DNA of 64,000 nucleotides, from contig NIVC01001779.1 in the NCBI GenBank assembly GCA_002269645.1, positions 85,607-149,606 of the forward strand, read 5' to 3'. Positions 61,801-64,000 of this stretch are shown here, in pieces. The DNA comes from Macrostomum lignano. Its lineage: Eukaryota. The position numbers and the translations under genes are program-made. The notes under the pieces were generated by a model. It made no database searches, was not told where the DNA came from, and saw only the letters and a list, made by a program, of their open reading frames with translations. How positions within the stretch are numbered: position 1 is the first letter of the stretch; each line of letters begins with the position of its first letter.

Positions 61801-64000
61801 GCCTGAAAAAATATGTGACTAATTAATGTTCGTCTCAAGTTAAACTATTCTTCTCTTTGCAGAATGCGCCGATCTTCGCAGCCCGTCAGACTGCGCCAGC
61901 TGGAAGTTAAAGGGCCGGTGCAGCAGCGAGCCGGAGGTGATGTACAAGTACTGTCGGCTCACTTGCAACATGTGTCAGAAGCGTAAGTTTCAGTGTCAAT
62001 GCTGTTAACCTGTAGCTATGGGTTGGTTTCGGATCTTAAACTTTGATTTAAAATTTTGTCCAAACAGACAAATGCGTCGATCTGATCGCCAGCAACACCT
62101 GTCTGGAGAAAAAACGAGCAGGAAAATGCGAGGACAGCTTCTACAAGGAGTTCTGCGGACTCACCTGTCATTGGAAGTCGTGCCAGTGTCCGGAAGAAGG
62201 CAGTCACTACGATCGAGGCAACTGCGAGTCTCCACGAATGGTTCGAAAAGTTACCAAGACAACCGTTTTCAGGTCCGTTGTCTCGGGAGTCTGCACAAAG
62301 TCTTCGGTGTTCTACTATGAACCCTGCGGAGGTAAGTCTTGCAGTGCTGTCAATGAATTCAATGAGAAGAATTATTATTTAAGGGAATCTTGCATACATC
62401 AAGGGCCGGGAAACTTTTTCTACTTAAGGGCTAGATAAAGAATTCAGCTCATGACTTCGAGTCAGGTGAGAAAGGAAAGGCGACAAATAGAATATGAGAG
62501 ATAAGAGAGGCGATAGATAGGATCAGAAAAGAGATAAGAGAGCAGATAAGAGGATGGAAGAGGTGAGAGAGGAGAGGGGAGAGGAGCAAGGGGAGAGAGG
62601 AGACAGAAGAGAGTGAAGAGGGGTATTGAGAGAGGAGAAGAGAGAAAAAATAGCTGAGAAAAACCTTGAGCGGGCCCCATGAAGGCCCAGAGCACAGAGA
62701 CTGTACATGCCTGACGATTAAAAAGCACGGGCCTCTGTGCACCCTGTGTGAGCGTGTGGATGAGTGCGTGCTCGCCAACAGTATTGGCGCTTGTACGAGC
62801 GGATGTGCTCAGGAGCCAGCGGACTGGGCAGAATTGTCTCAGCACTGGTTGTGGGCGTTGTGCCAAGTTGCTCACTGCATTCCTGCAAACATTTAATTTT
62901 ATTTTACTTTCCCAGATTGCGAGGTAATCAACAAGGTAGTAGAGAAGAAACCGTGTAACTATTGCACCGGACAGCGGGTGATGGAGAAGATCAAACAGCA
63001 CCGCGTTGGCATCTATTGCACCCGGAAGGTCAAAGAGTTTACCAAGGACTGCACTTGCGCCTTCCGTAACGGCAAGGTGAAATATCTGCACTCCGTCAAA
63101 TGCAAAAATAACAACACGAAGGTGTTCATGTACAGAGAGAAGCGAGTCAGCAAGGACTGCAAGCGCTGCGACCTGGTCAAATCTAACAAGGTGAAGCGAA
63201 TCAAGTGCCAGTCGCCGCCGCCCACCTACAACCCATCGGACAAGTGCCCTCGCGGCTCCAACAGCCAGTCAACGTACACCCGCACTATTTGTCGAGTGGT
63301 ACCCGTGGATTGCGCCTGTTCAAAGAGCTGCCACAGTAAGACATTCGATTGTAGCTGCGGCTGCCTTGACCCTATCGGTCAGGATGGGTGCGAAATCTCG
63401 CGCCGCTGCGACCGTGTCAGCAAGCGCCTGGTGATCCGTTACAAGGCGGAGATTCTGGTCAAGGACAAGTACGGCGACGGCGTTTGCGCCAAAAAGTCGC
63501 CTATCGTGCACTCGGAAAAGAGACGTAAGTGTAATATTTGCCTTTTTTGAAGCTCCCTTATTCTGCAAATGTTTCCGGTTGCCTTACTACAATCTTATTT
63601 ATTTACCTTGACTATAAGCCCTTAACCACAGAATAAAAAATTAAATTTTCCGCTTTAAATGTTGTTAATAATATACCTCGAAGTCATTTAGATTCTTCTC
63701 TTATACATTGTGTAATGTGTAACACTTTTTGCTGAAAGAAAATATGTTTAAAATAGCTATGAGCAGCAGCACTAACTAAGACTTGACGCTTGCTCCTAAT
63801 TGCTTTCAGCCTGCAACTACAAACGCATTGCCTATTACACCTGCGACAAGGACAAGTCGGGCAAGCTGATTGGCTGCCCAACTACCAAGGACAAGAACTG
63901 GCCGCCCCGATGGTACAACTACAAGGAAGGCTATCTAGACGACGACTGCAACTGCAAGACTAAAAACGCGAAGAAGTGTACCAAGACAACTATTGCTGTT
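58898..64000 (+). CDS. Secreted Cys-rich mucin/zonadhesin-like protein (VWD-C8-TIL-ShKT-ShKT plus basic Cys-rich modules), 3'-partial; join(58898..58906,59492..59708,59837..60305,60582..60809,61257..61588,61863..61982,62068..62331,62916..63524,63810..>64000), at least 813 aa
   Basis: Signal peptide MAG|LKGIFLLTVVTLALLTEYSSA; VWD CYISGDPHYVSFDG...GICGNCDG; C8 YYTDCMQDMC; TIL CPSGMRY...CQKTC...GCFCKPGLVLDGNLCV; ShKT CADLRSPSDCASWKLKGRC...CRLTCNMC. All eight introns are GT-AG with consistent phases. Confidence 0.88.
58940..59350. repeat. 47-48-bp minisatellite (GTAGATCAAGTTGTTGAGTTGCATTGGACTCAAAAT...) in the first coding intron of the VWD gene
   Basis: GT(A/G)GATC at 59005, 59053 and 59100. Confidence 0.9.

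Noticed and set aside
62666-62896. Cys-containing ORF inside VWD-gene intron 7 as an extra exon
   Set aside because: There is no pyrimidine-rich acceptor or phase-compatible donor, and the flanking exons already join in frame (phase 1-1).

Overview
Eukaryotic genomic DNA from an invertebrate metazoan. GC-rich exons, spliceosomal introns, introns filled with 20-34 bp minisatellites and the gene content suggest a free-living flatworm such as Macrostomum; this is inference and was not verified. I hand-assembled 11 protein-coding gene models with frame-consistent splice junctions: SMIM20/phoenixin precursor (-), a GPI-anchored Ly6/three-finger protein (+), syntaxin-18 (-), the carnitine/acylcarnitine carrier SLC25A20 (-), POLD4 (+), a class III eIF4E with a ~500-aa Q/P-rich extension (+), a YIL108W/Metallopep-type zinc peptidase (+), an LRRC74-like LRR/EF-hand protein (-) needing two consecutive GC-AG introns, a head-to-head pair of atypical Rab-like GTPases, and a secreted VWD-C8-TIL-ShKT protein that runs off the right edge. 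Mobile DNA comprises a 524-bp mariner deletion derivative with perfect TIRs, a 3'-truncated mariner, three tRNA-headed SINEs with a MIR-like CORE domain, a foldback/MULE-like element, and mariner and Helitron fragments. About 30 tandem arrays account for most of the long ORFs in the supplied track, which are artefacts. There is no CRISPR, rRNA or bona fide tRNA. All alignments and family assignments come from motifs recalled by eye; no searches were run.
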